A DNA stretch of 64,000 nt from Lama glama. Its lineage: Eukaryota. Under the pieces are notes generated by a model that saw only the letters and a program-made list of their open reading frames with translations, was not told the origin of the DNA and made no database searches. Shown here in pieces: positions 51,100-63,403 of this stretch. Position numbers and translations under genes: made by a program. The stretch covers positions 26,538,001 through 26,602,000 of the forward strand of contig CM052818.1 in the NCBI GenBank assembly GCA_028534125.1. Reading direction: 5' to 3'. The first letter of the stretch is position 1. Every line of letters starts with the position of its first letter.

Positions 51100-53300
51100 A
51101 GGCAGGCTTGAAGATAAAATGGCTATTATCTAAAAGACAAGAGATAACTAATGCCAGTAAGTATGCAGAGAAAAGGACACCCTTTTCTTGTTGGTGGGAA
51201 TGTAAATCGGTGGAGTTACTATGGAAAACAGTATGGAAGTTCCTCAAAAGATTTTTGTTTTTAATCAAAAATAGAACTGCCATATGATCCCGCAATGTCA
51301 TTGCTGGGTATATATCCAAAGGAAATGAAGACAGGATATTGAAAAGATATCTGCACTCCCACATTCACTGTAGTATTATTCATAACAGCCAACACATGGA
51401 AACAACCTAAATGTCCATCGTGTCCATCGACTGATGAGTGGATAGAGAAAGTGTGTGTGAGAGAGGGAGAGAGAGAGAGAGAGAGAATGGAATATAATCC
51501 AGCCATCAAAAAGGGAAATTCTACCATTTGTGATAATACAGTGGACTTCCAGGACATTATGCTAAGTGAAGTAAGAAGAGAAAGCCAAATACTGTATCTC
51601 ACTTACATGTGGAATGTAAAAAAGCTAAACTCATGGAAGCAGAGTAGAATGGTGGTTGCCAAGGCCTGGTGGGTGGGGAAAACAAGGAGATGTTGGTCAA
51701 ACGATACCAACTTCCACTTATAAGGCAAATAAGTTCTAGGGATCTAATGTACAACACAGTGACTATAATTAACAATATTGCATTCACTGTGTATGTGAAC
51801 ATTGCTATGAGAGTAGATTCTAAATATTTGCCATAACAACAATGACAAAATGGTAATAGTGTGAGGTGAAGGATGTCTTAACTAACCCCTTTTTATTGAG
51901 ATATAATTGGCAAATAACATGGTACTAGTTTTAGGTATACAACATAATGATTTGATACATGTATATATTGAAAAATGATTACTATAAGTTTAGTTAAAAT
52001 CCATCACCAAAGATAGTTACAAAATATTTTTTCTTGTGATGAGAACTTTTAAGGTTTAGTCTTTTAGCAACTTTCAAATATATAATCCAGTAGTGTTAAC
52101 AATAGTCACCATGCTGTACATTACATCCTAGGACTTATTTATCTTATAACTAAAAATTTGTATAGTTTGACCATACTCACCCATTACACCCTTCCTCGCC
52201 CTCCACCTTTGGCAAACACCAAATTCTTCTCTGTGTCTATAAATTTGTTTTTCTTTAGCTTCCACTTATAAATGAGATCATACAGTATTTGTCTTTCTTT
52301 GTCTGACTTATTTCATTTAGTATAATGCCCTTAAGGTCCATATGTTGTCACAAATGGCAAAATTTTCTTCTTTTTTATGCAGAATGATATTTCATTGTAT
52401 CTATATACTGAATTTTCTTTATCCATTGATAGACACTTAGGTTGTTTCCATGTCTTGGCTATTGTAAATAACACTGCAGTGAGCGTGGGGGTATAGATAT
52501 CTTTTTGAGACAGTAATTTCAAATCCTTCAAATAAATGCTCAAAAGTGGAATTGCTGGATCATATTATAGTTCTATTTTTAAATTTTGGAGGGACCTCCA
52601 TACTGTTTTCCATAGTGGCTGCACCAATTTGCATTTCCACCGTGTACAAGGATTCCCTTTTCTCCACATCCTTGCCAAAAACTTGTTGTTTCTTATCTTT
52701 TTGGTAATAGCCATTCTAATGGCTGTGAAGTGATACCTCAGTGTGGTATTGATTTGCATTTGCCTGGTGATTAGTGATGTTGAGCACCTTTTCAGTATCT
52801 GTTGGTCATTTGGGAAAATGTCTGTTCAGTTCTTCTGCCCATTTTTTAATCAAATTCAGTTCTTCTGCCCATTTTTTAATCAAATTGGGGGGTTATTTTT
52901 GTTTTTGTTTGCTATTGACTTTATGAGTTCTTTATATATTTTGGATATTAAACCCTTATTAATATATGATCTGCAAATAATTTCTCCCTTTCCATAGGTA
53001 GTCTTTTCATTTTCTAATGGTTTCCTTTACTGTACAGATTTTTAGTTTGTTATAGTCCTACTTGTTGATTTTTGCTTTTGTTGCTTTTGCTTCTGGTGTC
53101 AAATACAAAAAAAAAAAATTCGTTGCCAAAATCTGATATAAAGGAGCTTATCCACTGTTTCTTCCAGTTTTAATATCTTGACTAACCTTATTGTAGTAAA
53201 CATTTTGCAATATATACATATATCAAATCATCACACTGTATGTTTTAAACTTACTCAATGTTATATCTCAATAACATCTCAATAAAGCTAGAAATAAAAA
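51100..53300 (+). mobile_element. L1MA-type 3' end (ORF2 C-terminus and 3'UTR) split by a nested antisense L1
   Basis: TTGGTGGGAATGTAAAT and AGAACTGCCATATGATCC motifs; the 3'UTR resumes at 53188 and ends in CATCTCAATAAAGCTAGAAA. Confidence 0.85.
51888..53172 (-). mobile_element. L1MA-type 3' end nested in an L1, with 15-bp TSD
   Basis: TSD ATGTCTTAACTAACC (51873-51887) / ATATCTTGACTAACC (53173-53187); ORF 52565-52759 (MQINTTLRYH..CKLVQPLWKTVWR) is the ORF2 C-terminus. Confidence 0.9.
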
Positions 53301-53469
53301 AGATTTAAAAATCAGTTTAGTCATTTTACATAATTTTCCCATGTAAATTACAATTTTGAAATTATAAAATTGGCAAATTTTATTACTGACATGCCTGCAA
53401 AATATCTTAATGAATGCTATGCCAAATGAATAAAAGTTTATCTTACAAAAAAAAGCAGAAAGACAACTC

Positions 53470-54420
53470 AGAATAAGGCGATATACTTCCAAATCACATA
53501 CCAAGTAAGGAATTTGTATTCAGAATATCTAGGGAACTCTAACTCAATTTAAAAAAAAAGATACATAACCCAATGAAAAAGTTGGCAAAATAAATGTGTA
53601 GACATTTTTCCAAAGAGAGATATATATATATATATATGGCCAATAAGCACATGAAGATGCTCAATATCATTAGTCATTAGTAAAATGCCAATCAAAACCA
53701 CAATGAGATATTGTTTCTCACCTCTTAGGATGGTTGTAATCAAGAAGAGAAATAATAACAAGTGTTGGTAGAATGTGGAAAAAATAGGAATCCTCATATA
53801 TTTCTGATAGGAATGTGAAATGGTCCAGCTGCTTTTGAAAACAGTTTGGCAATTCCTCAAAAAGTTAAACACAGTTTTCTTACTATTCAGCAATTCTACT
53901 CCTAAGTCTGCAGCAGAACTGAAAACATGTCCATACAAAGTCTTATCCCCAAATGTTCATAACAGCATTATTAATAATAGACAAAATGTAGAAACAACCC
54001 AAATGTCTACCAACTGATGAATGGCTAAACAAAAATTTGAATATTCATACAGTAGAATATTAGTCATAAAAAGGAATAAAGTATTGATACATGCTACAAC
54101 ATGAACAAGCATTGAAAACATTATAAAGTGAAAGGAGCTAGTCATGAAACTCCACATATTGTATGATTCCCTTTATATGAAATGTCCAGAATAGGCAAGT
54201 CCATAAAGTCATAAAATAGATTTGTGATTGTCAAGGGATAGGGGAGGAGAGAATGGGAAATGGCTGCTGATGGGTATGGAGTTTCCTTTTGTGCTGATGA
54301 AATTGTTCTAAATTTGGATAGTGGTGATGGTTTCACAACTCTGTGAATACACTAAATACCACTGATTTGTACACTTTAAAGTGATGAATTTGTAGTATTG
54401 CATTATGTCTCAAAAAAACT
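53470..54420 (+). mobile_element. L1MB-type 3' end
   Basis: ATCAAAACCACAATGAGATA; ORF 53820 begins MVQLLLKTVWQFLKKLN; 3'UTR motif GAAATGTCCAGAATAGGCAA. Confidence 0.85.
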
Positions 54421-54599
54421 GTTACTTAGGAAGTTAAAAGAGAACTTAATCTTAAGTTGTCAGGTGCTAAAAAATTCAAAATGTTTTTAATAATAGTTTA
54501 TTCAATAGCCTATGCATGGGGAAGAGTTCAAGAAATCGAGTGACATGGCTATAACTATACTTGATCCATTCCCTTCTATCTACTTACATGAACAAAGTT

Positions 54600-55230
54600 T
54601 CTCAGCATTAAAAAATTTTAAACATTTGCTCCTTCAAAAGACTTTATTAATAAAGTCACAAACTAGGAGGCAAAATATTTGTAAATCATATATCTGGTAA
54701 AGGATTTGTCTAGGATATATAAAGAACTTGTATAACTCAATAATAAGACAAACAGCCCAATTTTAAAATAGGCAAAAGATTTTAAAATAGGCAAAAGATT
54801 TCAACAAACGTTTTGTTGGAAAATATAAGTCATGCATGGATAAGCAAAATCTGGTATATCCATACAATGGAATTTTATCCGACAATAAAAGGTAAAAAAC
54901 TGACACACACTACAACATGGATGAACCTCAGAAACATTGTGCTGAGAAGCCAGACATTAAAGACTACATATGGTATGATTCCATTTATATGAAATGTCCA
55001 GAAATGGAAAATCTATGGAGACAGAAAACAGAGCAGTAGTTGCCTGAGGCTGGGAATAAATGATGGGAACAGAAGAAGGAAGGCTCTGAGGTGATGGAAG
55101 CAGTCAAACTCTGGGTCATGGCAATGGTTGCATAACTCAACAAATTTATTAAAAATCATGAAATTGTATACTTACAATGGGTAAACTCTACAGTATGTAT
55201 ATATAAATATACCTCAATAAAGCTGTTTTT
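54600..55230 (+). mobile_element. Old L1 3' end, internally deleted
   Basis: ACAACATGGATGAACCTCAGAAACAT...ATGATTCCATTTATATGAAATGTCCAGAA...TACCTCAATAAAGCTGTT. Confidence 0.8.
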
Positions 55231-55389
55231 AAATAGCTAGAAAAAGACAGCTACCTATGCTTAAAATAACTTTTTTCTTCTCCCTGTTATTTAATCAAAT
55301 GGTAATTTTTTCCCATTATTTCCTAATCTACCTATTACGAGACAGTGGTAGATATCTCACTTTTACAGTTAATAACATTTAGTATTCAC

Positions 55390-55560
55390 TTCAACCTTAT
55401 GAAGTTGGTGTAAATATATCCATTTTTCAGGGGAATACTGAGACTTCAAGCTTAAGTCCCCTGGCCAGGATCAGACAGAGATTGTCAGTAGCAGAGCTAG
55501 AATTCAAATCTAAGTCTGTCTGACTTGGAAGCACAGATCCAGTTTGTAAGCCACACTGCT
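55390..55560 (-). mobile_element. MIR SINE
   Basis: CAACCTTATGAAGTTGG...GTAGCAGAGCTAGAATTCAAATCTAAGTCTGTCTGAC. Confidence 0.65.
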
Positions 55561-55839
55561 GCTCTGCTAAGGAATGAAAAGAGTTTCAGAGAATCTTTAT
55601 TTAGGAAAAGAAAGGAGAATGGTTTCCCAGGCAACAAAGCTCTCAGTTTCAAAACATATCATATGCTCTGAGCAGAGCCAGTCCTAGAGTACTTCAAGAC
55701 CTTTGTTTCTGACATCAGATGGGGACTGGACAAGTGACTCAAGACTCAGACCACCCAAGATCAACCCAGCCTCTCTAGTCATGACTGCTAGTTGGTTCAG
55801 TTGGTCACAGAACAGATAAAATGGTGTCTCCCTTTAGTG

Positions 55840-55955
55840 CACATACCAAGATCCCAAGGAGATCATTTAAATGCAAATTCTAAGCCCTTGTGCCCGGATA
55901 TTCTGGTCCAATAGGCCTGGGGCAGGGCTCAGAATCTAAATTTTAACAAGCACAG
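55840..55955. mobile_element. MER5-like hAT-Charlie fragment
   Basis: TTAAATGCAAATTCT...TAGGCCTGGGGCAGGGCTCAGAATCTAAATTTTAACAAGCAC. Confidence 0.65.
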
Positions 55956-55959
55956 GAAA

Positions 55960-56150
55960 ATTGTTAAAATCAGAGGCTTCAGAGATAAAAGTTCCTGGAT
56001 TTGAATGCTGCCTTAGGCCATTAACTATTCATGGTACCTTGGCCAGGGTAGCATCTCTGAGCCTCAGTTTCCATATCGAAAAAGGGCTGTTGATAATAAT
56101 ATTTTTTGTTAATTGTTGTGAATTTTTAATTAACCCTATGCTTTAAGAAA
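55960..56150 (+). mobile_element. MIR SINE
   Basis: CCTGGATTTGAATG...ACCTTGGCCAGG...CTCTGAGCCTCAGTTTCCATATC. Confidence 0.6.
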
Positions 56151-56609
56151 GCACCCAATCAGTAGTAGCTTTTTTTTTTTTTTACTTTCCTGTGTGTGTT
56201 TTTTTTCCCTAGAGAGTCTAAAAGGATGGAATTTTGCCAGCAATCTGGATTGAACACGTTTTCTCAGAATTAGGTCAGCAGCAAAGATGCTGCTGGGTTG
56301 GATAAAAATCAACCCAACAGAGAAAGCAAAATAACCAGGCCTGCAGCCCTCAAGGCGCTGTTGATTTGTGTCTCTTGTGGGAGACTAGTATTTGGAGTTG
56401 AATTCCATTGACTCACAAATATATTCTATTCCTGGCCTTCAAAAACCATCCTGAGGAAAATAGGTAAGAGCAGAAACCATGAGGCAAAGATGACACCTAC
56501 TGGCAGAGTCAGGCCCCTGCAAAACCCATTTCTGTTGTTCAGTTGCTTCCAACAAGGATTAATCCTTGCTATTCATTCTGCTGCCCTCTTACATAGGAAA
56601 CATTGTTGT

Positions 56610-57000
56610 CAAGGAAATAAACAGAGATGTAGACAAAGTTTACATGCAAAAATGTTCATCAGGCATTATTTATAAAATGAAAGATCAGAAAGAGTCCAAC
56701 ATTTGGGAAATGGATTAAATGCATTTTGGTATATGCATATAATGGACCATTAATCATCCATTTTTAGGTATGTCTTCAAATAATTTTAATAACATGAAGA
56801 AATGCTCACAAAAATATTTTTACATGTAAAAAGAAGATTATAAAACAAACATATCTAGAATTTGTATATTCATAGAAGATATCTGGATTGAGATGTAAAA
56901 ATGTTAATAGTGGTCATTTCTGAGATTAGTATTTTCTTCTTTAGGCACTTACATATTTTTCAACATTTCTGCAGTAAGCATGTATTACCTTACTGAATAG
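56610..57000 (+). mobile_element. Old L1ME-type 3' end
   Basis: TGCAAAAATGTTCATC...AAAATGTTAATAGTGGTCATTTCTG. Confidence 0.6.
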
Positions 57001-57024
57001 AAAGCAAAGGAATAAAATTTTTAA

Positions 57025-57213
57025 AATTTTTTCCAGCTTTATAGAGATATAATTGACCTATAACATTGTGTAGGTTTAAGGTGTACAACCTGATGATTTT
57101 ATGCGCATATATATTGCAAAATGATTACCACAATAAGGTTACCACTTCCATCACCTCACATAATCACAATTTGTGTGTGTGTATGTTGTGAGAACGTTTA
57201 GGATCTACTCTCT
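57025..57213 (-). mobile_element. L1MA-type 3' terminal fragment
   Basis: CCAGCTTTATAGAGATATAATTGACCTATAACATTGTGTAGGTTTAAGGTGTACAA; homologous to 42700-42860. Confidence 0.8.
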
Positions 57214-57229
57214 TTAAAAAGTATTTTTT

Positions 57230-57331
57230 CAATGAGTGTGTATATGTCCATGAATGACTGAAAAATTGTGCTGAACACTGGAATTTGACACAACATTGTA
57301 AAATGATTATAAATCAATAAAAAATGTTTTA
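57230..57331 (+). mobile_element. Young camelid-type L1 3' tag with perfect 14-bp TSD
   Basis: TSD AAAAAGTATTTTTT at 57216-57229 and 57332-57345; TTT/AAAAA endonuclease site; ends in AATCAATAAAAAATG. Confidence 0.85.
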
Positions 57332-57789
57332 AAAAAGTATTTTTTATAAAAGAAAAGGAACCTTAATGCCATATTAAGTGAGAGCAGGGGCCCCAGAACA
57401 GATGTGGGTGGAAAAGTGGTGAAGATCAGAGGTAAAGAATTGAGACTCAGGATCCCAGGAACACGATCAGAGAGGCTGATGAGAAACAGAGTCTGAGCCC
57501 CATGATGACGTTAGTAACATCTGATGGTGCAACATGGTTGAATAGTGGGACAACAGAAACAAGAGAATGAGCTTTCATCGTCTGAAAAGTAGAAGGTGTT
57601 TCGTTCTCCCTGGGCTCGTCATCAGGCTCTTTACAACTGGCTCTCCTTTGGTATTATCTCTGGGGAATTTTCTTACATAAATGACTGATTTAAGGTCTGT
57701 CCTGCTGGGTAGGTGAGTGCAGCTCTATCTCCTCAGTGAATGTCTGACTGATGCACTTCTGCTTCCCCCACTGTGCCTGGCAAGGCCCT

Positions 57790-58380
57790 GGCATTGTCGC
57801 GCTCCAGCCCTGTGAAATCACCTCACTTCTCTGTGCTTCACTCTTCTCGATAAAATAAAGATGACAGTAGCCACCCAATTGTCTTCCCACAGTTATGAGC
57901 TTTGAATGAGATCATGTTTTGAAAGCAGTTCCATGTGAATCACTTCAAAGTCCTAGTAACCAACATCCTCATTGAGTGATCACGTGCCAGACACTCCGCA
58001 AGGTTTTTTCTCACTTATTTCATTTAGTCATCATAAAAAGCCTGAGTGAGCGTGGTCCCCATCTTATCCACGAGAAAACTGAGTTTCTATCCTGCACGAA
58101 ATTGAGTATCTTTTACATTGCAGAGCCAGGATTCAAATTCAATTCAATCTCCAAAGGCCAGGCTCTTAAACACTATGCTGTCCTACTGCATAGAATCTTA
58201 GCACCCGAAGGGACCCAACGGGTCATTAGGTTGAATCTCTGTAGTTTGTAGATGAGGACACCACGGCCCAGAGAAGGGACATGATCTGCCCATACAACCA
58301 ACAAAAATACCACGAACTTCACTTCACAGGACACTAAGATCCTTTGCACAACCTGCCAGCCAGTGTGGTTCCTGGTCACC
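57790..58380. mobile_element. Cluster of MIR fragments in both orientations
   Basis: CACTTCTCTGTGCTTCACTCTTCTC (+); GCAGAGCCAGGATTCAAATTC and TGTAGATGAGGACACCACGGCCCAGAGAAGGG (-). Confidence 0.65.
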
Positions 58381-59254
58381 CAAGCCCAAGGAGTGGGCTG
58401 AGGTTTTTGTTCTCAGTTAGCTCTGCTTCTCTATTGTGGTAACCAGAAATTTTTGTATCCACCCTGTTATTCAATGGCCAAATTATATATTCTGAACTGA
58501 GTAAAATTCTGAACTGGGAAAAGTGAACTTCTACACAATGAAGGAAAATTCACCACAGCCAAAGCCAATGGGATGGGGCACAGAGGTAGAGGCAGAGAGG
58601 CTGCCAGCAGAGGGTTCCAAGGTCACCAGCCAATCTGAGCCCTAGATGTAGGATGTCACCCCAGATTGTCACCTTAACTAGCACCCTTGAGAGTGGAAGA
58701 GGATGCTACTAATAATTACAGTCACCATACCATAGAGTAAAGCCATTGTCAGAAGCACGAAGTTGAGGGAGAAGCTAACAAGGGGCAGAGTACCAGAAAT
58801 CAAAGAGTCTGAGACTAGAAGCAGAAAGATGAAGCTGAGTTTGGACATCCCAGTGGGTTGTGGTGCTGAGACAGTCGAATGATTTGCTCCTCACCAGTAC
58901 CCCACTGTCACTTCTCTGGTGCTGTGCCTTAGCTTGTAGGCTGTGATAGAAGTGGCTGCAGTATATGCAAAGATCACAAACAACTTATAAGTCAACCTAC
59001 ATACCAACTTACCACCCAAATTTTCCCATTTAGCTCACTTCAGCTCCAGTTCTCTAAATGTAGCATTTCCCTCTGAAACATTCACTTTCCCTTCCATCTT
59101 GTATGTATGCATGAAAGAGAAGATATATAACAATTATCCATTTCCATAACCTAATCAAGAATCAAATTATTTTGCATCATGAAGTATGATACAGCAATTC
59201 AATAACCAGGATAAGGATTCTGAAGGTACTTTAAAAGTAAACTTGACCTGGCTG

Positions 59255-59700
59255 CTTCCGACTAATTGGATGTGGACTATGAAAGAAGGTGAGAAATCAA
59301 GAGTGACTCCCATGTTTTTGGTTCAGCTACAGGAAGAATGAGGCTCCCAGCAACTGAGAGGAAGAAGACCATAGGTGGAGCTGGCATGTGGGGAGAGGAT
59401 CAGGAGTTCAGCGAAGGCATGCTGAGTGTGACCTCCAAGTGGAGCTATGCAGTGGACAGCTGGATACACGAGACTGGAGGGCAGGTAAGATCTCCGGAAG
59501 TAATCAATATGTAGGTGGTATTTAAAGACTTGAAGCTGGATGAGGTCAAGAATGGACTAAGGAAGCTAGAGAAGAAAAGAGGACCAACAACTGAGCCCTG
59601 CGCCTTCCAACGTTAGCCAGTCTGGAGATAAGCGGAATCAGTATAAGATTCTGGGAACGATCAAACTGAGTTGAAGGAGAACCAAGAAAGTGCAGTAAGA
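59255..59700 (-). mobile_element. L2 fragment
   Basis: AAATCAAGAGTGACTCCCATGTTTTTGG...CAGCTGGATACACGAGACTGGAG...GGTATTTAAAG. Confidence 0.75.
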
Positions 59701-61264
59701 CAGATTCTAATTTTAGTGGGCACACAAGCCAGGAATACTCTGTCCTCCGATAACTTTTTTCTTTGGTTCCCTGAACCAAAGTGAATAAATTCTACACCTC
59801 TGAGTGCTTTTTCCTTTGCACTTGATGCCCAACCATCTCAAACCCTCTTCCCATGAAAACTATGTAGGTCTGATAGCAGCCAGAGCAGTAGCCCTGATGT
59901 CAGGAAAATGGCTCGGACAGGCAGCCTGTCTGCTGCTTTGATACGCCCCATATCCAGAGGGAGAACTGCCAATCCAAATAGATCCCACAGATTGTGCCCT
60001 TCCCAACACTATCAAAGCACAGAATGGGAGAACATTCAAACCAGCCTGTCTGGGGCAAACTGGCAAGGTGTCATGCAGCTTGTGGGAGCTCAGCTGCACG
60101 GAGAAGGTGAAGTACTGAATCCAGAGAAGGAGACAGACTCAGGGGACGTGTAGCTTGAGACATGTAGCCTAGTGCCTCTGCAAGGCTCCTGCCCTATATC
60201 CTTGTGGGCAACATACTGAAGTTGCCCTAAGGGGGAAACAATGTCTAGGAATTCATTTCTCCAGTTCTGAGAACATGGAAATAGCTATAAACTTCAACTC
60301 TACAATCTGATTAATACACTGACTCGTATATGAAATTCCACCATTATCAAAATTTAATCTCTTGCTTTAAAAATATTTTTAATAAACCCTGCTATCCATC
60401 ACTCTTAGCTCAAAATGGAAACATTTTGTTTGGTAGAGAGAAATGGGAAGAAGGGAGAGAGCATGAGATCATGAGGATGGAGAAAGCCCCCTCCACTTCC
60501 ACCCCACCTCCCACAGAGGAACTTTGTCCAGGACAGGGAGGTAGGAAACAACCTCATTGCCTAGTTTCCCCTGTAGACAGATGTAGGAGGGAGGCACAGG
60601 GATGAGTCAGAAACTCTTCAGTTGATGGTTTAGAACTGCCTATGCAAATTTTCTTGGACCTTCTTTACTATCCCAGAGGCCTTGCTAGTACACAGAAGCT
60701 TAATGGAAACGGAGTGTGATTATTCCGAGGATCCAAGCGCAGGTTTCTCACTTAAAGCCTGAAGGAACCTCAGCTGTCCCTGCCTCTCTTCCCTCCTCTG
60801 TCAACTTCTTCTGGCCTTTTGCTCCCCAGGTATCATCCAAAAACTTGATCCAATTCGGAAAAATACTCAATACTATGATTCTTCATTCCACTGTATTTAT
60901 ATCCCATATCTCTCATCTCTTTTCCTTGCACTTTCTTAAAATACCCTTCCTTTTGAAGGAGAGAAGGTAGAAGAGACAGACCTAGGGAGTTCTTTTCTTT
61001 CCCCTTGAGAATTCTCTGGACCCACTGAACCTTGCTGCTGTTCTGTTCCTAAGTCAGCCTCATCTCTAAGGGCAGCACTCAGAACCTGCTGGAAACTGAT
61101 GGCCCAACCTCACCCTTGAGCCCAGAGCCTCATTGGTTGGACCTGGGAAGTGAGGCCAGGTGCAGACAGCTCACAACCCAGCTTCAGGCTTCTGATTCAT
61201 GAGACTTCGTTTATTGCTACATCTGCTCCCCCAGGTGATTCAGGAATATGCTCAGCTTATTTGG

Positions 61265-62046
61265 GAGAAGCCAGGAGGTCAGCATCACCAGGGTGAAGTG
61301 AGTAAGGAAGAGAGCTGTAGGAGATAAGATCAAAAAGATAAAGAGGTCTGGTCATATGGGGCCTGGACAGCCATTGTAAAGACACTGGATTCTATTTCGA
61401 GCAATGTGAGAAGCCATTGGAGGGTTTTGAGCAGAGCAGTAGCATGACATGAATGTAATTTCAAAGGACGGCTCTAGGTCTTGTGTGGAGAAGAGTCTAA
61501 GGAAGCAAGGATGGAGCAGGGAGGCCAGGTGACAGAAGGATGGTGGCTTGACCCAGAGTGGGAGTAGTATTCAAAAATGGGGAGATTTGGGGACATAGTA
61601 GAAGGAGAGTCAACAGGATTTGCTAGTGTCCTGAACTGAGAGAGAAAGGAGTCGGCAACTGGGTAAAAAAAAAATTTCCATTTACTGAGATAGGAATCTC
61701 AAATCCATTACTGAGATTTGAGGGAATACATGGAACCATTAGTTCTGTTCTGCATATCTTCCTTCAAGTTGCCTTTGGGACATCCCGATGGAGATGTCTA
61801 GAATTCAAGGGGAGATTGAGACTGGAGATACACATTTGAAAGTAGTCTGTGCATGATTTTAGAGCTGTGGGGCTGGATGAGATCACTTGGAGAGTGGGTA
61901 TCCCTAAAGAAGAGGTCCATGAACTAAGCTCCAGAATATTCCAATTTTTAAGAGTCAGGAAGACAAGGGGGACAGCAAAGGAGACAGAGAAAGAGACAAG
62001 TGAGGTGGGAAGACCAAGAGAAAGTGGTGACCTAGAAGCCAATGAG
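61265..62046 (-). mobile_element. L2 fragment
   Basis: GAAGCCATTGGAGGGTTTTGAGCAG...CTGGATGAGATCACTTGGAGAGTG. Confidence 0.8.
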
Positions 62047-63110
62047 TGTGACATTGTGATTTATAAGAAATATATATTTGGCCATTCAGATGACCAAAAT
62101 ATGTATCTCATATATATTTGATCTTCATTCACAGTTTCTGGCCCATAGCTCCCAAAACATTTGGAATTTCCTGAACATATTTTGACAAGAGCAATGTGAG
62201 CATATTTTGTCATAATATTTGGTCTCTTGTCGTCAGTGCCTAAAAGCTCTTTAAAGCCATGAAGGTGAAATAGGTGTCTTGTTATTCATAACACATCCCT
62301 TTCCACCATAACTGGGTTTATATTAATGTGGTGACTTTTGGAAAGCCCTAGGTAACCAAAGGATGGGGAATAGTTGCCAGGAGACCCAACCAGATGATTA
62401 AAGACTTGGAACTTTCCATCCCACTCCCTGACTTCCTCTGGGGAGGGTAAAGGGCCTGGAGGATGAAGCAATCACCAATAGCCAATGATTTAATCAGTCG
62501 TGCCTATGAAATGAAACCTCCATAAAACCCCTAAAGGGCAGGGTTTGAAGAGCTTCCTGATTGGTGAACACATGGAGATTTGGGGAGAGTGGTGTGCTCA
62601 GGGAGGACATGGAGGCTCACACCCTTCCCACATACCTTGCTCTATGCATCACTCCCATCGGCTGCCCACAGCTATACCCTTTTAATAATATACTTGTAAT
62701 CTAGTAAGTGAAATGTTTCCTGAGTTTTGTGAGCCATTCTAGCAAATTATTCAAACCCAAGGAGAGGGGTCACTGGATCCTTTAATATATAAGCCAGCCG
62801 GTCAGAAGTACAGGTAACAACCTGGACTTGCAATTGGCATTCTGAGTTAGAGGGTGTCATTGGAACCTCCAGTCTACAGCCAGTGGGTCAGAAGCACAGG
62901 TGATAATATGGGCTTGAGACTGGTACCTGAAGTGGGGGGAGAGTGGGGGCAGTTTGTGAGACTGAACCCTTGATCTGAAGCTATCTCCAGATAGATCACG
63001 TCAGAATTGAGTTGAATTGCAGAACTCAGCTTGCATGCAAAACATTACTTGGATGTGTGGGGAGCTCCCCCTTTCACCCCCACACATTGGAATTGGGTCC
63101 AGAACCCCAA
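62047..63110 (+). mobile_element. MER21-like LTR inserted in L2
   Basis: Starts TGTGACATTGTGATTTATAAGAAATATATATTTGG; internal GCCAATGATTTAATCA, GAGCTTCCTGATTGGTGAACAC and GTGAGCCATTCTAGCAAATTA motifs. Confidence 0.85.
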
Positions 63111-63175
63111 GTAGTGGGTGATCAACCAAGTCATTATCTCTGAGAACTGAGTCAAAGAACACTGAGAATTAAATC

Positions 63176-63403
63176 AGAGTTCCAAGCTATGTTCTTGCAA
63201 AACCCTAGGTTTCATGGAGTCCCTTTGGGGGTGAGTAGGGATCTGGGGAGAGGCAAGGTTACTGAATAAGGCTTAGCCAACCAAGGTTCCAAGTCTCTCT
63301 CCTTGCTTCAACCAAGTCTGCTCTCTTACCTTTGGGGTTCCATGTGAGATTTCCTCTGAAGAAAGTATTCTACTACTTAAGACACAAAACTCTGAAATCT
63401 GCT
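63176..63403 (+). mobile_element. MER102-like hAT-Charlie element
   Basis: GCTTCAACCAAG...TTGGGGTTCCATGTGAGATTTCCTCTGAAGAAAG. Confidence 0.6.

Noticed and set aside
60070..60102. Short hairpin TGCAGCT...AGCTGCA as a possible pre-miRNA
   Set aside because: The stem is far too short for a pre-miRNA, and I recognise no mature miRNA sequence.
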